A stretch of 64,000 nt of DNA from positions 1 through 64,000 of the forward strand of contig NIVC01000288.1 of the NCBI GenBank assembly GCA_002269645.1, given 5' to 3'. The first letter of the stretch is position 1, and the number at the start of each line of letters is the position of its first letter. Below are positions 23,173 to 35,635 of this stretch, one piece after another. The DNA is from Macrostomum lignano. Its lineage: Eukaryota. Below the pieces are notes generated by a model. That model was not told the DNA's origin. It was given only the letters and a program-made list of their open reading frames with translations, and did no database searches. Both the position numbers and the translations under genes were made by a program.

Positions 23173-24468
23173 AGATCTAAATATTTTTTGCACCTGAGAT
23201 AATGCCAAAAATTATAAACGGAATTTGAATTGCTGTTTCAGTGGCCAAAGTGGCGACTTACAATAAGTGAAATAAATTTCTTCGAGCACTTTAAAATAAA
23301 ATTAAATTAGCGATTAATATCGCTAAATTTAATAAAAATCAATCAAGACATTATCGATTACTTATCAGTGTTTGACTCTATTGATTAACACCCTTAAAAT
23401 AGCGACTTGTTACAGAATTTATAAGAAAAAGAATGTATTATGTTAGTTAATAACCCCTTGAAAAACAAAACAAAAACAGATGTATTGCTACGCACTGATA
23501 ATCTTAGTAAATAGTAATTTGTGAAACTTCAAAGCAGAAGCGACGCGGTTATAACATTTTTCTTCAAGTACATTGCATTCTGCATTCGACTTTTTTATGA
23601 CCATAGCAATTAGAACCTGGATTGCCGCGCGCAGGGCGAGAGCCGAGCCAACCGAGGTCAAAGTAAAACGAGAATAAAGTCCGAGCCAGTGAATCTTGGT
23701 TGGCTCCCTCCAGCGCAGGAAAATTGGATTGGACAGTTGCCGCAGCGACGAGGAAATACAAAAGCACCGGCACCGACCTTCAATTCCGTTGCTGACCTCC
23801 GACAGGCAAAATGGGAATTTATGACGAATGAATGCCCAAGCCAGGTCCTAAGGGAGCCTACGGGAGCTAATTAGGCCAATATGTGGTGGAACAACGCGTT
23901 GGAAGATACGACATGGAGTTCTAAATCTAGAGAGTGTTTCACCAGAGACGAAAGTAATTCGCAGGAACGAAGAGTCACTCCAAATGTAAGTTCGACTTGC
24001 GCTCCATGAAAGCAAGTGTCCACTGGTTGCGCTGGGTTGAATTTTTTTAGAATCCGTGACGGCGAATATTTGTATCCAGTTTCATTTCAACATTTCTTCC
24101 TTTCTTCCCTCCCCCTCTGACCCTTTCATGCCTTCCTCTCAGTTTCTATTGGACCGTTCGTTCGACTAACTTCGCTTCTATACCTGTGAAAACAAAACCG
24201 TAAAAAGCAGAGCGAACAAGTGGAAAAATATCCTTTCGGCTTAGAATTCACCTGCGCGTCTTCTCTTCTCTCGAGATCTTCTCTCGATTTCGCACCCCCA
24301 GGGTGGGGCAAAAATCCTGTCTTCGAGTTTTTTTGTTTGAAGTCTCCGTTTCGACCAGGGGATTGCAACTTACTCACTGGATATTCGCGACGACAATTAC
24401 GAGCTATACGATTTTTTCGAGTTTACTTCGAAGGTAAGAAAACTTTGATGGTTATTCAGGGGAGTCAG

Positions 24469-24945
24469 GAGAGCCACAGTGAGGTTGTCAGAGAGCCACA
24501 GTGAGGGTGTCAGAGAGAGCCACAGTGAGGGTGTCAGAGAGAGCCACAGTGTCAAAGAGAGCCACAGTGTCAAAGAGAGCCACAGTGTCAAAGAGAGCCA
24601 CAGTGTCAAAGAGAGCCACAGTGTCAAAGAGAGCCACAGTGTCAAAGACAGCCACAGTGAGGGTGTCAGAGAGAGCCACAGTGTCAAAGAGAGCCACAGT
24701 GTCAAAGAGAGCCACAGTGTCAAAGACAGCCACAGTGAGGGTGTCAGAGAGAGCCACAGTGTCAAAGAGAGCCACAGTGTCAAAGAGAGCCACAGTGTCA
24801 AAGAGAGCCACAGTGTCACAGAGAGCCACAGTGTCAAAGAGAGCCACAGTGAGGGTGTCAGAGAGAGCCACAGTGTCAAAGAGAGCCACAGTGTCAAAGA
24901 GAGCCACAGTGTCAAAGAGAGCCACAGTGTCACAGAGAGCCACTG
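24469..24945. repeat. Minisatellite, 18-bp unit gagagccacagtgtcaaa with 24-bp variants
   Basis: About 24 tandem units. The ORFs here are periodic (KESHSV)n. Confidence 0.95.
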
Positions 24946-25882
24946 AGAGCCACATTGTAGGTGTCAGGGAGAGTGTGGGCGTTGGGGAAGCCAAATTGAA
25001 GTGCCACTATAAAATCCCACTAATCTCTTGTGCAGGTAGACAGCAAACTGATTCACCACTACCTAGCTATACGTGTAGACAACCCACGCGTTTGATGGGG
25101 ATTTCAGACCAACAAGTACTAATCAGTTCCGCATACCCCGCTCCCTCCTCAGTGTCTGAATACATACTTATATAGAAAACAATTTTCTCCCTTATTATAG
25201 CGTTCCCTGGCGATCCCTCGCACACAATCTTAGTGCGCACTTGTACGCCTTCGGGTGGCGGACCATGCAGTCTGCACTCTGTACTAACTAGCTCGTGCAT
25301 GTAGCCCTCGTAGATGGATAGAACCCTGGTTGTTGATGTTGTTTTTGGCGCTGGAGTGCGACAGCTAGAGAGTGGCTATAGATCCCAATGAGGAAATGCA
25401 CCTGTTTAACTCCGATTTTGAGCAAACTCTACTTTTATTCAAACAAGTGGACACATCAATTCAGACACTGATGCAGACGTGAGGATTTTGTCTTAAAAGT
25501 AGGAGTACGGAGCCATTTTTCCGCCCGTCGAAATACCAAGAGGGGGGACAATTTGTCTTGCTGCGCCGAAACGGAGCAACGCAGGCACACGAAATTCCAG
25601 AACACGGGCCAACTTTTTTTGCGCACCTTCTCAAGCAAGAATCAAGTCGCCCACCCATTTGGACCGTCGAGATATTCGACGATTCTGCCAGAAGGTAGGA
25701 TTTTTCCCATAAGCGCCAGTGTATTCAGCACACCATTGTGAGCTAATCAGCACTGCGCCTCAGTGCAGACTTGACAAGCCTCCAAATTTCATCGACACGT
25801 CGACCACATGTGTCTGCATCAGCTCTGACTTCGTTGGTCACTGGACCTTCAACAGGTGGCACCATGTGGCTATGAACACATT

Positions 25883-26907
25883 GGGCCGTATGAATAAAAA
25901 AAGAAATTTTTTTCTTGCAAGAAATCCAAGAATTTCTTGCGTTTATAAGAATAAAAAACTGCGAGTTTCTTGCAAGATTTTCTCGCCAAGAAAATCTCGA
26001 GCTTTCACAAGAAAAGATTTGCTCGGCAAGAAAATCTCACGAGGAAAAGATTTTCTTGCTTTCTGATGAATAAAAGACGTGATTTTCTCGCCGAGAGAGC
26101 CGACACTTGAGTTTTATGCGAGCAACTCTTTCTCTGGCTCAAGCGAATCTTCAGCGCCCATAACACGAGACACGAGATGTTCCTTCAGATCAGAAAGACC
26201 AAGGAGTACCTGCCCCGACAGGCCACTCCAGTGGAGACATATAGACAGCTTCATCGATTCACTGAGGATCACGTGACCTTTCTGACAACGCGCTTCCTAG
26301 GACATACTTCCGAGACAAGGGGCGGTGCGCTGACACCGAAACAGAAGATGGAGATCACGCTGCGGTACCTGAGCAACCCTGGCTTTCAATCCGGTGTTGC
26401 CAAGGAGACAGGTGTTTCTGGGCATTGTTTCTGGGCTCCTGCAAAGAGTAATCACGATATACATGTAAAAAATTGGCAACCATTCGATGCCAGGACGCTC
26501 AATCTCAGGGTAAAATTTCAAAGCAAAGTGACTTTCCTGTCACCTGATGTTCAGGTAAACTCCACATGGATTTTGCCACTTTCTAGTAGGATTTTTCTGG
26601 ACGGATTTTCGGTGTTCACGTGGTTTTAGCCATAGACACAGCATGGGCTGCGCCCAAGCCTGAGGAGACGGCCGTCGATTCCACGTCACCGACATCTTGG
26701 TTTGGGCCCTAGACAACTTTCAGCCAAGTGGCAGTCGCCGAGAAAATCTCACGAGCCGAGAAACTTTTATTCATGTCTTTTCTAGAATATCTTGACTCGT
26801 AAGATTTTCTCCAACAGATTTTCTTGCCGGAAAAGAATTTCTTTAAAGAAATTCTTGGCTCGAAAGATAATCTTTAAAGATTTTCTCACGTTTTATTCAT
26901 ACGGCCC
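25883..26907 (+). mobile_element. Internally deleted PIF/Harbinger transposon (1025 bp)
   Basis: 17-bp TIR gggccgtatgaataaaa, 3-bp TSD ATT, subterminal tttcttgcaagaaa / tctcgccgaga motif arrays, and a transposase remnant. Confidence 0.9.
26177..26420 (+). pseudogene. N-terminal fragment of a Harbinger (HARBI1-like) transposase
   Basis: HRFTEDHVTFLTTRFLGHTSETRGGALTPKQKMEITLRYLSNPGFQSGVAKETGVS is the HTH region that precedes the DDE core. Similarity stops abruptly after it. Confidence 0.8.
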
Positions 26908-26990
26908 ATTGATGCAAATTTCTCAAGTTTCGCTGATCAAGCCTCGACAGCGAACAAACCTCAACTGCTGGACATCCTCAGCTAGTCTAT

Positions 26991-27183
26991 GGGCCGTATG
27001 CAGAAAGCTTAGTCCAGACTAGCTAGTCCGGACTTGGGTAGTTCAGTCTATAGTCTATGGTCTAGCTAGCCTAGTTGTGCTATAGTAGACTGGTCTAACT
27101 TTGTGTTTCTGCATACCAAATCCAAGTCTAGACTAGCTTTTCAAGACCGGACTACCCTAGACAGAGCTTTCTGCATACGGCCC
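26991..27183. mobile_element. 193-bp Harbinger-type (Tourist-like) MITE
   Basis: 19-bp TIR gggccgtatgcagaaagct, 3-bp TSD TAT. First 10 bp are identical to the neighbouring Harbinger TIR. Confidence 0.9.
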
Positions 27184-27939
27184 TATCTCTCAAGCATTCC
27201 GTCAAGCTTTTTTAGATTTTCACCACCTTTAGCCTCCTCGCCTTCCTCTTCAAGCGGTTCGTCTTACACTTCTTCCTCTGTTGTCTTCCCTCCCTCCCAT
27301 CAGCCATATGTTTGATTTGAAAGGGTCAGTCTCGTTCGGACTTCTTTTGTGTATCAAAGGTCCAGCACAGGTCCTTTTAGCACAGGATTATATTTTGTAT
27401 GAATAGTTCAATTGGTTAGGAACATGCAGGTTTGTCCATAGACACTTTGGCTCTGACTGAATTGAGAAGGTTCTGTTTAATATAATCTGTCTGGGGCTGA
27501 CTATGAGCTGCACCATCTCCTTTGCAAACCCGCGATCCCCTCAGATTAATTTTCAAGGACCACTCCAAGGACCACTAACTGCTGTATAACAGGACGGCTC
27601 AACGATCGTGTAATATTTTGGAGGCCTCCACCCTGATTGTCATACCTACACCCCATTTCTATGTTCGCGGCCTCGTTGGAAAGGAAATCGCTCGCTGGAC
27701 CCTTGAGAAAAGACAGAACTCAGTTCTTGTTGAGTTGATGTCGATACGCAGCTCCTTGGACCATTCCTTCTTTCTTTACTATTAAAAATTTACTTTGTTC
27801 GAACGTTTCTACCATTCTGGTCGGAACTGTTGACTTAAAAAATAATTCCTCACTTCAAAGCTGCGTTAGCATTTAACTACTTACAGTAGTCTAAACGTAG
27901 TTTCAAAACGCTGTATAACTTTAGATCTAGACAGACAGT

Positions 27940-28000
<61 letters not shown>

Positions 28001-28006
28001 GACTAT

Positions 28007-28071
<65 letters not shown>
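27940..28071. repeat. (AGAT)n microsatellite
   Basis: Near-perfect GATA repeat with one interruption. Confidence 0.98.
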
Positions 28072-28764
28072 CAGCAAGGAAAAGGCCCCGTCAGAGACAA
28101 AGTTAACCATAAAACCAGTTTTCAGCGTTGAAATTCATGCGTAGAAGCAATAAAACTCTAAGGGCCGAAAGCCCATGATGAACTGTGGGGTCGAGTTTGC
28201 CCTCAGCTTCAGATTTCAAGGCAAGACAAGCTCTCTCGGAGCGTGAACCCCGAAATCAGAAACTGCGCTGTACAGCTGACGCGGCGTGAGCATGGACTGC
28301 TGACAATAGCGATCTGGATTGGAAATTAAATGCTGATCGAAAGAATTTAGCCTGCCTGTTTTAGAATTCTTCGATGTGGAAAATAATTCAGAACTCCAGA
28401 TTCTTCATCCGGAAATCCATGCTTTGTCTTTCATTTGAGCCCTGTCTCAAATCCAGCGTATAGTAATAAAATTGCAAACTGACTTTGCTATCATGGATAA
28501 CTTATGAGCAATAATCTGAGTTCAGAGCGCAGAAAGATATGATAGAATAGATAAGGTTCCAGATGTAAAAATTTTTTTATAGATAAGGAGGTATCGTCTT
28601 GTACAGGGTTGATGGGCTAAGATAATAGAACTGCTGTCTATAAAGCGCTTTAGGGGGCAGCCAATTTAAAAAAACAGTCTGAGTTAAGTCTCAGGGCGAC
28701 GTGAGGGAAGTGAAAATCTCAGGTAGGAATTTAATCTCAGGACCACTTTGTGTACAAATCTCAG

Positions 28765-30454
28765 GGATGGCACACTGACAAATCGCAGGGAGGGCACACT
28801 GACAAATCTCAGAGAGGGCACACTGACAATTCTCAGAGAGGGCACACTGACAAGTCTCAGAGAGGGCACACTGACAATTCTCAGAGAGGGCACACTGACA
28901 AGTCTCAGAGAGGGCACACTGACAAGTCTCAGAGAGGGCACACTGACAAATCTCAGAGAGGGCACACTGACAAGTCTCAGGGAGGGCACACTGACAATTC
29001 TCAGGGAGAACACACTGACAAATCTCAGGGAGGGCACACTGACAAGTCTCAGGGAGGGCACACTGACAATTCTCAGGGAGAACACACTGACAAATCTCAG
29101 GGAAGGCACACTGACAAATCTCAGGGAGGGCACACTGACAATTCTCAGGGAGGGCATACTGACAAGTCTCAGGGAGGGCACACTGACAAGTCTCAGGGAG
29201 AACACACTGACAAATCTCAGGGAGGGCACACTGACAATTCTAAGGGAGGGCACACTGACAAATCTCAGGGAGAACACACTGACAAATCTCAGAGAGGGCA
29301 CACTGACAAATCTCAGGGAGGGCACACTGACAAATCTCAGGGAGGGCACACTGACAAGTCTCAGGTAGGGCACACTGACAAATCTCAGGGAGGGCACACT
29401 GACAAATCTCAGGTAGGGCACACTGACAAATCTCAGGTAGGGCACACTGACAAATCTCAGGGAGGGCACACTGACAAATCTCAGGGAGGGCACACTGACA
29501 AGTCTCAGAGAGGGCACACTGACAATTCTCAGAGAGGGCACACTGACAAGTCTCAGAGAGGGCACACTGACAAATCTCAGAGAGGGCACACTGACAAGTC
29601 TCAGGGAGGGCACACTGACAATTCTCAGGGAGAACACACTGACAAATCTCAGGGAGGGCACACTGACAAGTCTCAGGGAGGGCACACTGACAATTCTCAG
29701 GGAGAACACACTGACAAATCTCAGGGAGGGCACACTGACAAATCTCAGGGAGGGCACACTGACAATTCTCAGGGAGGGCATACTGACAAGTCTCAGGGAG
29801 GGCACACTGACAAGTCTCAGGGAGAACACACTGACAAATCTCAGGGAGGGCACACTGACAATTCTAAGGGAGGGCACACTGACAAATCTCAGGGAGAACA
29901 CACTGACAAATCTCAGAGAGGGCACACTGACAAATCTCAGGGAGGGCACACTGACAAATCTCAGGGAGGGCACACTGACAAGTCTCAGGTAGGGCACACT
30001 GACAAATCTCAGGGAGGGCACACTGACAAATCTCAGGTAGGGCACACTGACAAATCTCAGGTAGGGCACACTGACAAATCTCAGGGAGGGCACACTGACA
30101 AATCTCAGGGAGGGCACACTGACAAGTCTCAGGTAGGGCACACTGACAAATCTCAGGGAGGGCACACTGACAAATCTCAGGTAGGGCACACTGACAAATC
30201 TCAGGTAGGGCACACTGACAAATCTCAGGGAGAACACACTGACAAATCTCAGGGAGGGCACACTGACAAATCCCAGGGAGGGCACACTGACAAATCTCAG
30301 GTAGGGCACACTGACAAATCTCAGGTAGGGCACACTGACAAATCTCAGGGAGAACACACTGACAAATCTCAGAGAGGGCACACTGACAATTCTCAGGGAG
30401 GGCACACTGACAAATCTCAGGGAGAACACACTGACAATTCTCAGGGAAGGCACA
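28765..30454. repeat. Satellite, 24-bp unit cacactgacaaatctcagggaggg, about 70 units
   Basis: Continuous tandem array. Variant positions recur at 624-bp spacing. Cut mid-unit at the Helitron 5' end. Confidence 0.97.
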
Positions 30455-30949
30455 TCCTATATACTAAAAATGAGTTGTCTGTATGTGGGTATGTGGGTAT
30501 GCGATAGATTTCAGAAAAATTGGCTCAACCGATTTTCTTCAAACTTGCACCATTCGATCAGAAATTTTCCTGGGACGGTACATGCATCTTGGCTAAGAAA
30601 TTGCTCAATGTTAAAGGGATTAAATATTCGAAAAACATGCTTTTTTGCAAAGGTCAAGCAAAATTTTCGACTTGAAATGCATTGTAAGAATGCTAGAGAA
30701 AAGCCTGACTGACTGAATTTCAATTCTGATAAAGATTGCATCACAACAAGTTGAAAACAGTGTCGAAGAAATGCACACACGACTTGATTTAAATTGCGTA
30801 ACCAATATTGCTAACTTGAACTGAGACTGATACTGGCTGACTGAGAAATTGATTATGTCATAACTTTTTACTCTAATTGACTTGCTATAAGAATTAAATT
30901 ATAAGGGCAACAGTTCATGTTCTCCAATTGAAAATAGATAGCCTAGATG

Positions 30950-31005
30950 CGAACAGACTGGACTGCTAATGTAGCGACCTAGGTTCGAATCTTAGTAGTG
31001 CAAAA
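30950..31005 (+). other. Degenerate tRNA-like segment inside Helitron A (homologue at 36181-36240 in Helitron B)
   Basis: tagcctag A-box-like motif, ggactgctaat anticodon-loop-like motif and ggttcgaatc B box. No complete cloverleaf. Confidence 0.55.
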
Positions 31006-31069
31006 AAAATTTTTTATCAAAACACCCTAAAACACAAAAAGCTAAACATAAAGGAAGCGCAATATCAAA

Positions 31070-34000
31070 CATTAAAGAGCCACCATGTCAAACATATACA
31101 TGACTCAATGTCAAACATATGCGTGACTCCATGTCAGACTTTAAGGGGCCACCATGTCGAACATTAAAGAGCCACCATTTGAACATTAAAGAGCCACCAT
31201 GTCAAACATAAAAGAGCCACCATGTAAAACATATACGTGACTCCATGTCAAACATATACGTGACTCCATGTCAAACATATACGTGACTCCATGTCAAACA
31301 TATACGTGACTCCATGTCAAACATATACGTGACTCCATGTCAAACATATACGTGACTCCATGTCAGACATTAAAGAGCCACCATGTCGAACATTAAAGAG
31401 CCTCCATGTCAAACAGATACATGACTCCATGTCAAACATATACATGACTCCATGTCAAACATTAAAGAGCCACCATGTCAAGCATTAAAGAGCCACCATG
31501 TCAAACATTGAAGAGCCACCATGTCGAACATTAAATAAACACGATGTTGAACAGTAAAGAGCCACGATGTTGAAAATTAAAGAGCCAGACCAGGTTAAAC
31601 ATAAATAAGTCACCATGTCAAACATTAAAGAGCCACCATGTCTAACATTAAAGAGTCGCCATGTCAAACATATACATGACTCCATGTAAGACATTAAAGA
31701 GCCAGGCCAGGTTAAACATAAATAAGCCACCATGTCAAACATTAAAGAGCCGCCATGTCAAACATATACATGACTCCATGTCAGACATTCAAGAGCCACC
31801 ATGTCAAACATTAAAGAGCCACTATGTCGAACTTTAAAGAGCCACTATGTCAAACATTAAAGAATCACAATGTAAAACATTAATGAGCCGGCATGTCGAA
31901 AATTAAACAGCCACCATGTCAAACATCAAAGAGCCACCATGTCAAACATATACATGACTCCATGTCGAACATTAAAGAGCCACCATGTCAAACATAAAAG
32001 AGCTATCATGTCAAACATTAAAGAGCCATCATGTCAAACATAAAAGAGCCACCATGTCAAACATAAAAGAGCCACCATTCCATACATTAAAGAGCCACCA
32101 TGTAAAACATATACGTGACTCAAACATGAAAAACCTGATGACAAACGTGGCGAACATTAAAGAGCCACCATGTCGAACATAAAAGAGCCACCATGTAAAA
32201 CATATAGGTGACTCCATGTCAAATTTTAAAGAGCCACCATGTCAAAAATTAAAGAGCCGCAATGTCAAACATTGAAGAGAAATCATGTCTAACATTAAAG
32301 AACCACCATGTCTAACATTAGAGAGCCACCATGTCTAACATTAAAGAGCCACCATGTCAAGCATAAAAGAGCCACCATGTCGAACAAAAAAGAGCCACCA
32401 TGTCGAACATTAAAGAGCCACCATGTCCAACATATATGTGACTCCATGTCAAACATTAAAGAGCCACCATGTCAAACATTAAAGAGCCACCATGTCGAAC
32501 ATTAAAGAGCCACCATGTCCAACATATATGTGACTCCATGTCAAACATTAAAGAGCCACCATGTCAAACATAAAAGAGCCATCATGTCAAACATAAAAGA
32601 GCCATCATGTCAAACATAAAAGAGCCACCATGTCAAACATAAAAGAGCCACCATGTCAAACATTAAAGAGCCATCATGTCGAACATTAAAGAGCCACCAT
32701 GTCTAACATTAAAGAGCCACCATGTCGAACATTAAAGAGCCACCATGTCTAACATCAAAGAGTCGCCATGTCAAACATATACATGACTCCATGTAAGACA
32801 TTAAAGAGCCAGGCCAGGTTAAACATAAATAAGCCACCATGTCAAACATTAAAGAGCCACCATGTCGAACATTAAAGAGCCGCCATGTCGAACATTAAAG
32901 AGCCGCCATGTCAAACATATACATGACTCCATGTCAGACATTCAAGAGCCACCATGTCGAACATTAAAGAGCCACCATGTCGAACTTTAAAGAGCCAGTA
33001 TGTCAAACATTAAAGAATCACAATGTAAAACATTAATGAGCCGGCATGTCGAAAATTAAAGAGCCACCATGTCAAACATCAAAGAGCCACCATGTTAAAC
33101 ATATACATGACTCCATGTCGAACATTAAAGGGCCACCATGTGAAACATTAAAGAGCCACCATGTCAAACATAAAAGAGCTATCATGTCAAACATTAAAGA
33201 GCCATCATGTCAAACATAAAAGAGCCACCATGTCAAACATAAAAGAGCCACCATGCCAAACATTAAAGAGCCACCATGTCAAACATATACGTGACTCAAA
33301 CATGAAAAACCTGATGACAAACGTGGCGAACATTAAAGAGCCACCATGTCGAACATAAAAGAGCCACCATGTCAAAAATTAAAGAGCCGCAATGTCAAAC
33401 ATTGAAGAGAAATCATGTCTAACATTAAAGAGCCATCATGTCTAACATTAGAGAGCCACCATGTCTAACATTAAAGAGCCACCATGTCAAGCATAAAAGA
33501 GCCACCATGTCGAACATAAAAGAACCACCATGTCGAACAAAAAAGAGCCACCATGTCGAACATTAAAGAGCCACCATGTCAAACATAAAAGAGCCATCAT
33601 GTCAAACATAAAAGAGCCATCATGTCAAACATAAAAGAGCCATTATGTCAAACATATACATGACTCCATGTCAAACATAAAAGAGCCACCACGTAAAATA
33701 TAAAAGATCTACCATGTCAAACATAAAAGAGCCATCATGTCAAACATAAAAGAGCCATCATGTCAAACATAAAAGAGCCACCATGTCAAACATAAAAGAG
33801 CCACCATGTCAAACATTAAAGAGCCATCATGTCGAACATTAAAGAGCCACCATGTCTAACATTAAAGAGCCACCATGTCGAACATTAAAGAGCCACCATG
33901 TCTAACATTAAAGAGTCGCCATGTTAAACATATACATGACTCCATGTAAGACATTAAAGAGCCAGGTCAGGTTAAACATAAATAAGCCACCATGTCAAAC

Positions 34001-35270
34001 ATATACATGACTCCATGTCAGACATTCAAGAGCCACCATGTCGAACATAAAAGAGCCACCATGTCGAACTTTAAAGAGCCAGTATGTCAAACATTAAAGA
34101 ATCACAATGTAAAACATTAATGAGCCGGCATGTCGAAAATTAAAGAGCCACCATGTCAAACATCAAAGAGCCACCATTTTAAACATATACATGACTCCAT
34201 GTCGAACATTAAAGGGCCACCACGTCAAACATTAAAGAGCCACCATGTCAAACATAAAAGAGCTATCATGTCAAACATTAAAGAGCCATCATGTCAAACA
34301 TAAAAGAGCCACCATGTCAAACATAAAAGAGCCACCGTGCCAAACATTAAAGAGCCACCATGTCAAACATATACGTGACTCAAACATGAAAAACCTGATG
34401 ACAAACGTGGCGAACATTAAAGAGCCACCATGTCGAACATAAAAGAGCCACCATGTAAAACATATAGGTGACTCCATGTCAAATTTTAAAGAGCCACCAT
34501 GTCGAACATTAAAGAGTCACCATGCCAAACATAAAAGAGCCACCATGTCGAACATTAAAGAACCACCATGTCAAACATTAAAGAGCCACCAAATCGAACA
34601 TTAAAGAGCCACCAAGTCAAACATTAAAGAGCTACCATGTCAAACATTAAAGACCTACCATGTCAAACATTCAAGAGGCATCATGTCAAACATTCAAGAG
34701 CCACCATGTCAAACATTCAAGAGCCACCATGTCGAACATTAAAGAGCCACCATGTCAAACATTCAAGAGCCACCATATCAAACATTCAAGAGCCACCACG
34801 TAAAACATTAAAGAGCCACCATGTCGAACATAAAAGAGCCACCATGCCAAACATAAAATAGCCACCATGTCGAACATTAAAGAGCCACCATATCGAACAT
34901 TAAAGAGCCACCGAGTCAAACATAAAAGAGCTACCATGTCAAACAATAAAGACCTACCATGTCAAACATTAAAGAGCCACCATGTCAAACATAAAAGAGC
35001 CACCATGTCAAACATATATGTGACTCCATGTCAAACAGTTAAGAGCCACCATGTCAAACATAAAAGAGCCACCATGTCAAACATATATGTGACTCCATGT
35101 CAAACAGTAAAGAGCCACCATGTCAAGCATAAAAGAGCCACCATGTCGAACATAAAAGAACCACCATGTGAAACATAAAAGAGCCACTATGTCAAACAAT
35201 AAACAGACACCATGTCAGACAATAAAAAAACCCGAATCAAACATTAAAGAGCCACCATGTCAAACATAAA
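31070..35270. repeat. Satellite, 23-bp units (cattaaagagccaccatgtcaaa and catatacgtgactccatgtcaaa) with a higher-order repeat of about 1.1 kb
   Basis: About 180 units. The unique marker aacatgaaaaacctgatgacaaacgtggcg recurs at about 32122, 33299 and 34383. Confidence 0.97.
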
Positions 35271-35384
35271 ATTTACACAATTTCAAACGTAAAAGTAAGC
35301 GTCATACTAATTTTAAAGGAGCCACTATAGAGCTAAGGAAATTGTAGCACTAGCTACTTATTGTATGGTGGATGCTTACTATTT

Positions 35385-35495
35385 GGGGATGCTTGCTATC
35401 TGGGGGATGCTTGCTATCTGGGGGATGCTTGCTATCTGGGGGATGCTTGCTATCTGGGGGGTACTTGCTATCTGGGGGATGCTTGCTGTCTTGGG
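35385..35495. repeat. 18-bp mini-array gatgcttgctatctgggg in Helitron A (longer version at about 38380-38760 in Helitron B)
   Basis: About 6 units here, and the same unit at the homologous position in B. Confidence 0.9.
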
Positions 35496-35635
35496 ATGAT
35501 TTCTTCTTGCATTACACTTTATTTGAGCAGTTTGTCTGTCGTCTTTGTGAAGGCTTTATTTGGCTGTCTTTTTGTTACTTGTAGAGAACAGAGATTCTAT
35601 CCAGATGTCCCCCAACGGGGGGCGAAGATTGCTAG

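Larger units (their letters stand above)
30455..35635 (+). mobile_element. Non-autonomous Helitron A carrying a 23-bp satellite
   Basis: 5' a|TCctatatactaaaaatg. 3' hairpin gtcccccaacggggggc followed by gaagattgCTAG. No Rep/helicase ORF. Confidence 0.85.

Noticed and set aside
28684-30507. 585-589-aa ORFs on both strands
   Set aside because: Pure translations of a 24-bp satellite with no stop in several frames. No splice or coding context.
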